A DNA stretch of 64,000 nucleotides from Octopus sinensis (taxonomy: Eukaryota). Positions 50,947-64,000 of the stretch are shown one piece after another. The number at the start of each line of letters is the position of its first letter. Position 1 is the first letter of the stretch. The stretch lies in NCBI RefSeq assembly GCF_006345805.1, contig NC_043005.1, positions 44,144,001-44,208,000 of the forward strand, read 5' to 3'. The notes below the pieces were generated by a model. The model did no database searches, was not told where the DNA came from, and saw only the letters and a list, made by a program, of their open reading frames with translations. The position numbers were made by a program, and so were the translations under genes.

Positions 50947-53900
50947 GTTTTGAAATTTTGGCAGAGGGGGTAAGTCAATTACATCGACCCCAGTGCTCAA
51001 CAGGTACTTATTTTATTGAACCTTAAAAGATGAAAGGTAAAGTCGACTTCAGTGGAACTTGAAATGTGAATGTAGACAGACAAAATGCCACTAAGCATTT
51101 TGTTCAGCATGCTAACAATTCTGCTAGCTTGCTGCCTTCATAATAATAATGATAATAATAATAATAATAATAATCATCGTCATTTAATGTCCGCTTTCCA
51201 TGCTAGCATGGGTTGGATGATTTGACTGAGGACTGGCTGCACCAGGCTCCAATCTGTTCTAGCAGAGTTTCTACAGCTGGATGCCCTTCCTAATGCCAAC
51301 CACTTCAAGAGTGTAGTGGGTGCTTTTATGTGCCGCTGGCTATGGCCACGCTCAAATGGTGTTTTTTTACGTGCCAACTGCACAGGAATCAGTCCAGTGG
51401 CACTGGCAACGACCTCGCTCAAATGTTTTGTTCACGTGCCACCGGCACAAGTGCCAAGTAATAATAATAACAATAATAATAATTAATATTAACACATTTC
51501 TCCTTCAAATGGGATAAAATACCAACAGAAAATCCTTATACTTATTTTCGTATTGTTATCTTTCATACCAGTAAGTGTGAGTTTTATTAATATAATTCTT
51601 TTTCACACCAAACTTGTCACAAAAAAATAAATGAACTAAAATATTCAATATACCAAATATATATTTATGATTAAAACATAGAGTCATGCAATGAAACTTA
51701 AGGTCATTCTTCAAGTTATCTGCAAAACAGTACGAGCAACAGGAAGATCAATTTTTGAATTATTATTACAACCAAATTTCCACTTAAACCCCCAATTCTA
51801 CTGAGACAATAATAGCTTTCAGCTACATAAAAAAGTGCTGCTTAGTCTAGAAGAGGATAGGCTATTTGCATATTGGTATTAGTTTGACAATCATTAAAAA
51901 TTCTCTTGCTAACAAAGCAGGAAAACTAAAAATTCAGTATACTTAAATATATTTATGCCATTTTACCGAGAACTTGGAGTGGTAACCCCAAGATTCATTC
52001 TGATGCATGATTGTATATGTTTTAAGCATAAATATTTTGCTTAACTGAATTCTTAATATGTTTCTATATAATCTCTGTTTTGTAATTTTCTATACATATT
52101 TAAATATATAGTTCTTATTTTATGAAATGATGTTCAAGTTTATCTTATAACAATGTTCACATTATTTGAGTATTTCTAATTGACATAAAAAGGGTTTCAG
52201 ATATGATACAGCCTCCTGTCAATGCTCTGAAGCAGTGAAGGAAAGCTTTAACAATAACTTGAACTAGCAGGGTTCTTGTAATACAAACTAAATACATTGA
52301 ATTAAGTGAATCAAGAAGACAATGAAGACTTGCAATTAAGAAGCAAGATTTTCAGAAAATTAAAAAGCTGAGATATAAACACGATGAAGAAATGACCTTT
52401 GCAGCTTAGCAATATTTCATAAGTATTAAAGTCTTAACATGACCTTTGAATATCAGTTCAACTAAGGACTAGAACACATGGGAGAAAGCTTAATTTGATG
52501 TTTTTAGAGCAATGAAAGCAATATAAACAGGACAATATTAACAACAAATATAAGGGCCAAATATAAAAGGATAACAAATGAACAAAATAAAAATGTTTTA
52601 ACAATTACGATAATTTTAATTTATTTATGATTTTATGGCAACAAAAAGCTGTAATAAAATCACCATGGAAGAGCATTTAAAGTATGAATAACTCAAAGTA
52701 AATTAAGAAAATATTTGAACAATAAGAAATTTTCTAATTTTCAACTAATAAGATTTTTCAGTATGGAGATGTCATATTCCTTTTGTTGAACTGTGATTAA
52801 AAAACAAGTGATTTAGATTAATTAAAACATACTAAAAATTACAATTAGTTAATTTATCATATAGCCTATGGGTGTACAAATATGGTTTTATTTCTGGATT
52901 AATCTCTTTTCTTTGTTTTGCTCTAATTTGTCCAAACCAAGATGGGTTTTAAATTTTACAAAATGTTTTATATACCTTGCTAATTTAGAGTTATTGGTAA
53001 GAAGGAATATAGTTGAATGCTTTCATCAGCAATTGCTCAACACATCTTAAGACAACGGCAAATTGTAACTGGCCAACTTATACTCAAAGCATGAAGCCTG
53101 CATACAGTAAATGCCTTTTTATAAAAATATATCTTATTAGAAATCATTTTAACTATAACATTCCAATACTTTCACAAAATACACATAAGCATAACATGAC
53201 ACGAAAATCTCACATTACTATACTAGTTTAGACTGTATATAAAAAGCTAGAACCAGCAAGCAGTTGCTTCAAACAGATTCACTGTTCCTTGACATATAAA
53301 TATCACATAAGATCACTAATCTCTGCAAATAATTACACTGAGTAAAATCCACATCTATATCATGCATAATGCTAAAGTTCTTGATATCACCTACAATTCT
53401 TTCATTACATTCCCACAGTACAAGGTATGGAGTAGAAAGCAGCTGTTATATTTTTCTATTGTATTATAAAGAAGTGATTGTATTTAAGAGATGTCAACTG
53501 ATTCTACAAATGATGGAACAAATATAAATAAGGATTATTGAAGATGACCCTCCACTTAATCTTATAGAAATTACGGGGAAACTTAAGGAGGAATCAATAA
53601 ACTAATTTTCCAATAAAAAGTAGAAATAATGAGGCCCCTGCCTGTCGGAAACTTATAAACAGAACAAGCAAATAAGCTTATTGGTATTATCATATATACA
53701 AAAAGGTGAGCTAAGACTCTGTTTAAAAAAAAGTTAATTAAAAACATTCTGTTGGCACTATGTAAAACAAGCACTTGTCCTGGCACCACATAAAAAGTAC
53801 CCATGCCGGCACCACATAAAAAGCTCCTGAGCTGGCATCATGTAAAAATACCCATTACACTCTGTAAAGTGGTTGACATTAAGAAGAGCATCAAACTGTA

Positions 53901-54558
53901 GAAACCATGCCAAAACAGACAACTAGAGCCTGGTGCAGCTCTTTGGTTTGCCAGCTTTTGTCAAACTGTCCAACCCATGCCAGCATGGAAAATAGACATT
54001 AGATGATAATGATGATATGTTGAGTGTGATGGAGTGGCAGTAAATCTCTATTAAAATGAGTTTATGACAAAGTTTCAGCTCCTGGTTAGAAACATTTGGA
54101 ATAGTAAATGAATTTTCCTGAGTTCATTCCAACAGTCTGCTCATTGATACAATCACCTCTGATAATGAAGAAGGGAAAAACAAAAAAAAAAAAGTACAAT
54201 CCATTGAATGTTTAAATTGGGTCTCTAGATGTGGGACTTTTCAGAAGAAATAACAAAACAATACAAGTGACAACACTGCAGACACTGCCCCCCACCACCA
54301 TCCCATACCATTATAGAAAAATGGGTGCTAAAATAATGCTGCTTTTGATGATGATGATGATGATGATGTGTGATATGAGTAAGTCTTCTTGTTACTAGAC
54401 ACATCTATAGTGCTTTTATTTGTTAGTTTTAATAAACTGTTTCATTGCTGAAGACAGAGAGTAGATAATTAGAAACATTGGAAGTCTTACAAGTTTTCCT
54501 TTATGTTTCTCCTTCTTTCCTATCATATTTAGTTTTAAAGTAAAATTTTAATCTAGAG

Positions 54559-55307
54559 CAGTGGTTTTCAACTGGGGTCCACATCAGCAAAACAGTTAAT
54601 TGGAGCTCCACAGTAGTATTTTAGGGGTTAATGAAAAAAACTTGGCTTTAGATGTATTTATTGTAAGAAACAACTAGTTTTCTTTCCCCCTAACTCTTAA
54701 TCTAGTTCACCATGTTTCCAGTCACGGAAACATGTTTTCTCAGAGAGTGCCATTGCAAACCTAATAAAGTGGACATGTGAAAAACAAAATAGGAATTTTG
54801 AAATCTTGCTTCTCAACCACATGGTTCCAGGTTCAGTCCTACTATGTGCACCTTGGGCAAGTGTCTTTTAATATAGCTTCAGGCCAATCAAAGCCTTGTG
54901 AGTGGATTTGGTAGATGGAAACTGAAACAAAGCCATTGTGTGTGAGTGTGTGTGTGTATGTATATATATATATATGTCTGTGTGTGCCTTTGTGTATGTG
55001 TTTGTTATCCCATTACTGCTTGAAAACTGGTGTTGGTGTGTTTATGTCCCTGTAACTTAGTGGTTCAGCACAAGGGATCGATAGATTAAGTACTAGGCTT
55101 AAGAAATAAGTCATGGGGTTGATTTGTTTGATTAAAACCCTTCAAGGCAGTACTCTAGCATGGCCGCAGTCAAATGACTGAAACAAGGAAGAGAATTTTA
55201 AAAAATAACTAACTCTAAAACTAGTTTTTGAACATGGAATGGCTATAGAGATCCACTAAAATAAAATAATAATCAAAAGGTCCATAGATAGAGATTGAGA
55301 ACTGCTG
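54559..55307. mobile_element. hAT MITE with 8-bp TSD and SINE A insertion (54805-55192)
   Basis: TIRs cagtggttttcaa / ttgagaactgctg; flanks atctagag / atctcgag. Confidence 0.85.
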
Positions 55308-56744
55308 ATCTCGAGTTTAAGAACATGATAATTCTGATTCAGTTTCATAATGTTTTTATAAGGTGGATTTTAAAAAGTTGACATGTGTAATCCGGCCCAA
55401 AGTATTGTTAATTTTGCTTTAAATTGGTTTCATTCATGTGCTTGTTCTGATTTTGAAAGCATGTAATTATGAGAAAAAATTGTTTAATTTAAGCTTTTTC
55501 ATTTAAGAAAATTTGACTTGTCAATGATTTAAAATTTAGATAACACAGTTTTGATAACGTACTCAAATTCTGTTATATAAAGCTGCATTCTTTAAACTAA
55601 CAGTAAGACATTGTATCAAGATTCAGAATTCCAATCAAAGATAGATATATTATGATTAGGTAATAAAACTAAATTCCCATCACAATCATAGAAATGACAA
55701 TAACAGGAATATTAGGCCAATAGCACATATAAATGAATAGCTTTAATATCTGATAGTATGCTTGTCTGAATGAAATTGTCAATAAGGACTGTCAAAATAT
55801 TGCATGAAAATTGAGTCGCTATACAGTTTTATTGGTCTGAATGAGAAAATGCATCAGCAAAAGGCTGTAACTAGAAATCAATAACTCATAGTCAGCAGAC
55901 TGATTGAAAGTGGCAGAGCTGGCATACACTTCTATTCAAGCACTGTACTCCTTCGAACATTTCAGCCAGCTATGCAAAATTTCATTTTCAGACTGCAGCA
56001 TGAAAACAAAGACGAGGATTATTTAAGAGACGTGATTGCTAAGACACTTTACATTTGCTGGGGATGCTTTCACACTATTTCTTTCTTTTTTCTTTTCTTT
56101 ATTTTCTTTTATTTCTTTCTTTTTTTTTTTTTCATTTTATTTTTCGAAAGTTGAAGAAATTTAGCAAGAACAGAATAAAAGATTGACTACTAAATGTAAG
56201 AGAATACATAATAGTATTAAGCAGAGCAATAAAAGTGTTAAATGTTCCACTTTTAAAATACATTGCCTAAGTGTGTATTTGTGTAGTAGCTGAGGTAGTG
56301 GACTACTTAACTAAATACAATCATGGACCAAACTGTGTCACTTTGATGTTCAGAGACAAGGCACATTTCCCTAACTAGTAAGAAATAATTGCCTCACTTA
56401 CTACAAAAGGGACCGTCTTAAATGACTAAATATCTGATAGGGAAAAATTGATGCAAAAGTATAAAGGGGGATGAAAAGAAAAAGGGTAGAGATTGAGAAA
56501 TATTTATATTAATGACATTTCATAATTTATCTTTTATCTTTTACTTGTTTCAGCCATTGGACTGTGGCCATGCTTGGACACTACCTTCAAGGGTTTAGTC
56601 AAACATATCAACCCTAGTTCTTAATTTTCTATAAGAGTGGTTTTCTATGAAATTCTATCGGTTTCTTTTTTGCCAAACCACAAAGTTAAAAACCAAGGCT
56701 GGTTGTCAAGAAGTGATGGGGAGCATGCACACATACATACATGA

Positions 56745-57075
56745 GGGTGACCCCCTTTGGTCATAAATGACCGTGGGATTGCACCTAGAAAGCCACCCTC
56801 TGAGGCACATGTCCGGGCAAGGTTATTTCATGGAAGACCAGCAGTCACCCATGCATACCAGCCTTCCGTTTCCATGCCACCGATGTTATCCAAGGGAAAA
56901 GCAAAGGCCAATACAGCTTGGAACCAGTGATGTTGCAATTCATTTCTACAGCTGAGTGAACTGGAGCAACATGAAATAAAGTGTCCTTGCTCAAGCACAC
57001 AACATGCAGCCAGTCCAAAAATTGAACTCACAACCTAATAATCGTAAGGTCAACACTCTAACCACTGAGCCATGC
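56745..57075 (-). mobile_element. tRNA-head SINE family C nested in a minus-strand SINE A (56527-57240)
   Basis: tggctcagtggttagag head; ttgctccagttcactcagctg core. Confidence 0.75.
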
Positions 57076-59681
57076 ATCATCATTCATTCATTCATACATA
57101 CATACATATATACATACATATATATATATATAAAGGACTTCTTTCAGTTTCCATCTATAAATCCACTCATAAGCATTTGGTCAGCTTTTATAGTAGAAGA
57201 CACTTGCCCAACCTGCCACACAGTGGGATCAAGAATCAAATGATATAAATAAACATGCAATAATGATTACAGTATCACAACTCATATGTCAAGATCATGG
57301 CAAGATTTAGCGAGGGCAGGAAATGTTGTATACTTTCTTTGTTTTAATATGTTTGATCTGGAGAAAGGCAGCAACTAGGCAGAATTATTACCATGCCAAG
57401 CAAAATGTTTGGTGGCATGTTGTCCATCTTTATGTTCTGAGTTCAAATTCTGCTGAGGTCAACTTTTCCTTTCATCTTTTATTCAATAAAATAAGTACCA
57501 GTTGAGCACTGGGGTCAATGTAAATGACTTACTCCCTCCTTCAAAATACTGGCCTTGAGCCAAAATTGGAAATCAATATTTTGGTCAGGAGAAGCAAAGC
57601 AGTGACCATAAACTTTACAAATTTGCATAGACTGGTGATATTTTTATGATTAGCATCTAATTTGAGGATCTGCAGCTTAAGATGTCTGAAAGGAAAATAG
57701 GAGTAGGGCAAGTATGTCTGCAATGGAGTCAGTATTGATAAAAGCACCAAAGGACCACATAGCAGTGTTAAAATGAGTGATGTAGGTACGCTGTGTTTGT
57801 TTCAATGTAATAGCTGAGCATGATAGTATGTAGCAGAGGGAACTTATGATTATAAGGTTGAGAGTTTGCTTTCTGAATTGACAGTATTTTGTGTCCTTGG
57901 CACTTCATTTTACATTACACCAGTCCACTCTTCCAAAAGAGGAGCCACATCTTCAACAATGTGGCACCTTGTCCTACTCAGACTACTAAACCCATATTTT
58001 TTTTTTTTTTGTTTAGTCAGGAGGTAAGACAGCGCTCTGACCCTTTGTAGGCCTCTCAGACTAATGGGAGAGAAAGAAGAAGGGATCCTCAAACTGGAGA
58101 CCTGAAATCAAATGCTTGTAACAGAGTGAAACCCATTGTTAATCACACTGAAGGGTCAATTGATAATGTTATACTAAATGACAGGTTAATTCTATCACCC
58201 AAGTAAGTCATGGTAAAATTTGAACTCAGAATGTAAAGGGCTGAAACAAATACCATAATGCATCCTGTCTAATGCTCTAACATTCCTGCAACTCCACTGC
58301 TCCTAACTGATACTTTATTTGGACGAAAGGCAAAGTTGACAATTGCATGATTTGAACTCAGAACAAAATGAGCTGGAAAAAATACAAGGTATTTCATCCA
58401 ATGCTCAAATGACTTTGCCAATTTGCCATCTAATCTTGCAAATGAAAATGTCCACAGCCATTGGTGGTTACAGCTATGGTCTAAGGAATATCAGCAGTCA
58501 AGCAATACATGCATCAAAGGTTTCATACTTTAACATACTGACACAGAAAAACACTAGAGAAATCAAGTGACAGACATGAATTTGAACAACACACAATTAT
58601 GAATGATAAACAAGAAACATACCATACGTGTATATAGACACATGCATACCTATATAGGCATATTAAATGTGCATATCTGTGTGTGTGTGTGTGTGTGTGG
58701 TGTGCATGCAGCTATACATACGTAAAAAATAATAAATTGACACGATATATATTTGTGTGTGATGATAACAGGAATGATGTGAACTGGGTCTAACGATAAG
58801 AAAGAACAAAATCAAATTAAGACAAGTAATAACTGGGTGAGATAGCTGAACAGATGCTACTTTTGAGAACTGTTCCTATTAGAAACTGGATGAAGATATG
58901 TTAATTATTATAATAGAAGATATATTTATTATAAAATATGTTACATAATATCTATTATACTAATAAAAACATTTCTTAGTTAGATGGCTGATAGGAGTTT
59001 TATTATTGTATGTCTTACAAAATTATTGATATAAAATTATGTTTTGAAACATATTGTTTCAATGTAAGAGGGTCAAATTGGAAATGAAAACACACTCACT
59101 GGTTGTATTTCAATTATTTTTAACGATATAGTAGCTATCTCACTAATTAATTAATTACCTAATCACTTGGTTGATTAATTGTTTGATGAATCAATTAGTG
59201 GTTTGATCACAGTTGGCTTCAGCACAGTGGACAACATTATTGATGATAATGGTGCCCTTCATCTGTTCTTCTGTCACAAACTGATTTCTGTCTTTTACAT
59301 CAATATCTATAGGTTTTAGTACTTGGATTGTATGTTATAATTTGAGTGGTTTTCTTGAGTATGTGTATGTAATTATGCATATATACATTTGTGCATGAAA
59401 ACTTGTGTTGTTCGTTCATGTATCAGGTTGTGTATCATGTGTATCAGGTTGTGACAGAAATGGAGCAGGTAGGCGCACATCAATGATAAGGATGCAGACT
59501 GCAGCAAAAGGACTCTGATGAACCAACTGCAACAAAAGGACTTTGATGAATTAACTGACTGATTGACCAAACAATTGATTGATAAATTAGTTCACTAGTT
59601 GACTGGAAACAATGGTTAGTAGTGTTTGATAAATAATACTTAGATACTTGAATTATTATTATGATAGAATCAAATCTTTAA

Positions 59682-59880
59682 CCCTTTAGTGTTCACATTA
59701 TTCTGCCAAAATTAATGCTTTTTTATCTGCATTGATTTGAACTAATCATGCATTATCTTGTAGCTATAAGATATTGATGAGGTAGCTGTTAATTTTTTAA
59801 ATGATATTGTACGGTTGGTGTGAGAAGTCAGATCTGGACAGTTTGAACATAAAACAGGCAGAATAGTTTTGGCCGGATAT
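59682..59880. mobile_element. piggyBac-type MITE, truncated
   Basis: TTAA|CCCTTTAG start; its distal part matches 10050-10110. Confidence 0.6.
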
Positions 59881-60004
59881 CTGTAAATGTAATACGTGAC
59901 AATTATTTGGTAGCCATGATAAAACTATGAGTTTCGGATGTCGGGGGTGGAAACTTGGAGTTTTATCATGGCTACCGAATAATTGTCACATACATTTACA
60001 GATA
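59878..60004. repeat. Near-perfect ~125-bp inverted repeat
   Basis: tatctgtaaatgta..gtgacaattatttggtagccatgataaaact vs agttttatcatggctaccgaataattgtcac..tacatttacagata. Confidence 0.9.
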
Positions 60005-60066
60005 AATTCCTCTATTTACATAATATCAAGGTCTCTTTCATTTTTTTGTTGTTTTACCATTTCTAT

Positions 60067-60117
<51 letters not shown>

Positions 60118-60922
60118 GACATGTGCACAAGTCATCTAAGAGACCATAATTCAGGGAAAAGCACCTTGACAATAGAGAGCTGTCATCATATTCCCTTCCA
60201 TATCAGCTAACTCTGGAGAGCATAAAGTTATATAATTGGTTCATTACCTAACAATTGTATTTTTTACATGAAACCAATTGGTAAGACCAGTCTTGATGGT
60301 TATCTAATACTATACACATTAAGCGGGGTCACTCCTATTTTGTTTTGCATATCTATTATTTTCACTACAAGTGAACCAATCACACAGTAAATATAAATAC
60401 TTTACTGCATTATATCCAGTGACTGTGAGTTGTAAGTTTGCTTAACAACCACATAGTATTAAATCTATCAATCTACATATCATCATCATCATCACTGTTT
60501 AATGTCTGCCTTCCATGCTGGCCTGGGGTGGAGAGTTTGATCGGAGCTGGCCAAACAGAAGACTGCACCAGAATTGTGTCTGTTTTGGAACAGTAGTTAT
60601 GGCTGGATGCCCCTTCCTAACACCAACCACTGAGCAGAGTGGAATGAGTGCTTTTTACAAGGCACAAGCACAGGCGAGGTCAGTTTTGGCGCGGTTTTTA
60701 TGGTTGGATGGATGCTCTTCCAAATGCTAACCACTTTACAGTGTGGACTTTACAGTATAGATGCTTTTTATGTGGCACTGGCACATGTATACACGCACAC
60801 ACGTGCACACACATATATGCAGGATAATGCTAATAACATAGCATGAACAGGATAAACTATCCATATTTTGCAGTAAAAATCTGTCGGCAGCCAGCCATGA
60901 TACTCAAACTCACATCCCTGTG

Positions 60923-60962
<40 letters not shown>

Positions 60963-61920
60963 TATAAATGTGCAGATGTAGCTGTGTGGTAAGAAGTTTA
61001 CTTCCCAACCATATAGTTTTGGGTTCAGTTCCACTGTGTGGCACTTTGGGCAAGTCTCTTCTACTATAGCATCAGGTTGATCAAAGCCTTGTGAGTGGAT
61101 TTGGGGGACAGAAACTGAAGGAAATCTGTCATGTGTGTGTGTGTGTACGTGTTTGTCCACCACATGACAACCAGAGTTGACCTGTTTACAATTCTCTAAC
61201 TTGGCATTTTGGCTAAAGAGACTGATAGAAATAAGTACCAGACTTCGCTAAACGCTTCAAGGGCAGTGTCCCAGCATGGCTGCAGTCCATTGACTCAAAC
61301 AAATAAATGATAAAAGATATCTCTTAAATGTTTAATGTAAGTTTACCTCTGTATCTTCTGTGAGTGACTGAGCATCCAAGATTGAAAAATGAGATCTGTC
61401 ACAAGTTAAAATAACAAACAAAAAAAAAATTCATATCATCAGTCACCAATTTTTTTTTTTACGATATGCTTAAACCAGTGAGATGTATAATTACATATTC
61501 ACTTAACAGGAGTTGATAAAGCTGTCTAGAGAGGCCTCAGAGTAGTTTCAGTAGATAGAAATAGAACAACTTAACAATTAAAAGATCAACGATTGATTCT
61601 AGACTAACACTGAAATGCTAACAGAACTATCTACTTTCTGACTGAAAGAGTAATCTGCTATAAATACATACATATATACACATATATATTTTCAAAACTC
61701 ACTGTTATCTAAATTCCTCTCTAATCTTAACTGGAATTATTCTGTCATGAAGAAAGTAGTCCTGGTTAAATCTTGAGGTTACAAAGTCCAAAGAATGCAG
61801 TTTACCAATGATGAAAACTATAAGCAATTAGATTTCCTTATCAACTAAGACACTCAATTTAATGGTCGTCTGTTTTCTTGACTATTTATCAGACAACTAT
61901 ATTCAGACTTTCATTCTTAC

Positions 61921-62024
61921 CATTTACCCAGCATGAAGAAACTGATATCAACGTGATCAATAATGGAATTACTTTCATCAGGTACAGACATGTTAACTTC
62001 ACCAAGAAATGGATTTATTGATAG
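61921..62024 (-). CDS. Candidate coding exon (duplicated at 63859-63962)
   Basis: Acceptor tttcttagtttctgtattag|, single open frame LSINPFLGEVNMSVPDESNSIIDHVDISFFMLGK, donor ATG|GTAAGA; ends in phase 2. Confidence 0.3.
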
Positions 62025-62172
62025 CTAATACAGAAACTAAGAAATTTCATATTCACTGCAGAAAGGGATGCTCATATTACCAGCGACATAACTTATCATT
62101 ACAGCTGTACTAAACAAGTCAGAAAGTCCTAACAATCACAGATGATTTGTTTTTATTTCATAATTAAACTAC

Positions 62173-62240
62173 CTTGCTGTGAGGCTTGCCATGTTATCAT
62201 AAAATGTTAAATCTTTGTTTACACTTTGCTTTAATGAAAG
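62173..62240 (-). CDS. Candidate coding exon
   Basis: Strong acceptor gtgtatcttttccttag|, open frame LSLKQSVNKDLTFYDNMASLTA, donor AAG|GTAGTT; the phase-2 end would join the 38893 exon as ..TARWVEAL. Confidence 0.3.
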
Positions 62241-64000
62241 CTAAGGAAAAGATACACTAAACAGTAACTAAATCTGACCGATAGCAAGTGATTTCTACAT
62301 CTTGGGAATGACTTAGTATGAAGGAAAAGTCTTGATTGCTTTTCTCTGGAAATTAGCAGAGAAATAGGCCTTAGAATATCGTAGAATATTACTATTTGCT
62401 CCAGCATGGTTGAGTGGTTCAAAAGCTTGCATCACAACCAAGTAGTTTCAGGTCCAGTCACACTGCTTAGTACCTTGGGCAAGTACCTACTATTGCAAAT
62501 ATCTACTATCTACTACTTGACCAATACCATGTGAGGGAAATTTGGTAGAAAGAAATTGTATTGAAGCCTACTGTGCATGTATTTATATCGTCATCATCAT
62601 CATCATCATCACCACCACCACCATTTATCATCTATTTTCCATTCTGGCATGGGTTGGACAGTTGACAGGAGCTGGCAGAGCTGGGAGATGTAGCAGGCTC
62701 CATTATCTGTTCTAGTAGAGGTTTTACAACTAGATGCCCTTCCTAATACTAATTACTTACAGAGTGGACTGAGTGCTCTTGCATGGTACCAGCATACATG
62801 TATATCTACATATCTATCTCTCTATCTATCTATCTATCTATCCATCTATATATATATATATATAATATATATATATATTATATATATATATATATATGCA
62901 TATAAATGTGCAGATGTAGCTGTGTGGTAAGAAGTTTACTTCCCAACCATATAGTTTTGGGTTCAGTTCCACTGTGTGGCACTTTGGGCAAGTCTCTTCT
63001 ACTATAGCATCAGGTTGATCAAAGCCTTGTGAGTGGATTTGGGGGACAGAAACTGAAGGAAATCTGTCATGTGTGTGTGTGTGTACGTGTTTGTCCACCA
63101 CATGACAACCAGAGTTGACCTGTTTACAATTCTCTAACTTGGCATTTTGGCTAAAGAGACTGATAGAAATAAGTACCAGACTTCGCTAAACGCTTCAAGG
63201 GCAGTGTCCCAGCATGGCTGCAGTCCATTGACTCAAACAAATAAATGATAAAAGATATCTCTTAAATGTTTAATGTAAGTTTACCTCTGTATCTTCTGTG
63301 AGTGACTGAGCATCCAAGATTGAAAAATGAGATCTGTCACAAGTTAAAATAACAAACAAAAAAAAAATTCATATCATCAGTCACCAATTTTTTTTTTTAC
63401 GATATGCTTAAACCAGTGAGATGTATAATTACATATTCACTTAACAGGAGTTGATAAAGCTGTCTAGAGAGGCCTCAGAGTAGTTTCAGTAGATAGAAAT
63501 AGAACAACTTAACAATTAAAAGATCAACGATTGATTCTAGACTAACACTGAAATGCTAACAGAACTATCTACTTTCTGACTGAAAGAGTAATCTGCTATA
63601 AATACATACATATATACACATATATATTTTCAAAACTCACTGTTATCTAAATTCCTCTCTAATCTTAACTGGAATTATTCTGTCATGAAGAAAGTAGTCC
63701 TGGTTAAATCTTGAGGTTACAAAGTCCAAAGAATGCAGTTTACCAATGATGAAAACTATAAGCAATTAGATTTCCTTATCAACTAAGACACTCAATTTAA
63801 TGGTCGTCTGTTTTCTTGACTATTTATCAGACAACTATATTCAGACTTTCATTCTTACCATTTACCCAGCATGAAGAAACTGATATCAACGTGATCAATA
63901 ATGGAATTACTTTCATCAGGTACAGACATGTTAACTTCACCAAGAAATGGATTTATTGATAGCTAATACAGAAACTAAGAAATTTCATATTCACTGCAGA

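Larger units (their letters stand above)
60925..64000. repeat. Tandem duplication with 1938-bp period (second copy runs out of the window)
   Basis: 60960-62062 and 62898-64000 appear identical by inspection, including a SINE A; both copies start in (TA)n tracts. Confidence 0.95.

Overview
AT-rich, microsatellite-dense eukaryotic DNA whose repeat families (tRNA-head SINEs, RTE 3' ends ending in (GAT)n, abundant (TA)n/(CATA)n) resemble an octopod cephalopod (Octopus-like) genome; the taxon is inferred. There is no intact long gene, and nearly all ORFs in the supplied track are microsatellite or SINE artefacts. The window is mostly decayed transposons: a near full-length Penelope-like element (PLE; RT with YRDD, GIY-YIG) at ~28.4-32.1 kb carrying nested mariner, MITE and RTE insertions; two more PLE fragments; RTE and R4/Dong-type LINE 3' ends; mariner, hAT, piggyBac and Tc2-type derivatives; a Helitron fragment; a HINE-like element; and dozens of SINEs. 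The most notable signal is a set of type I hammerhead ribozyme motifs (four intact or near-intact, several decayed) from several distinct families of short elements lodged in (TA)n tracts. Splice signals, a poly(A) signal and local CpG retention tentatively suggest the 3' end of one minus-strand gene (~36.1-38.9 kb, upstream exons perhaps near 62 kb) directly followed by the 5' end of another (~35.75 kb, running left). The window ends in an apparently identical tandem duplication with a 1938-bp period.
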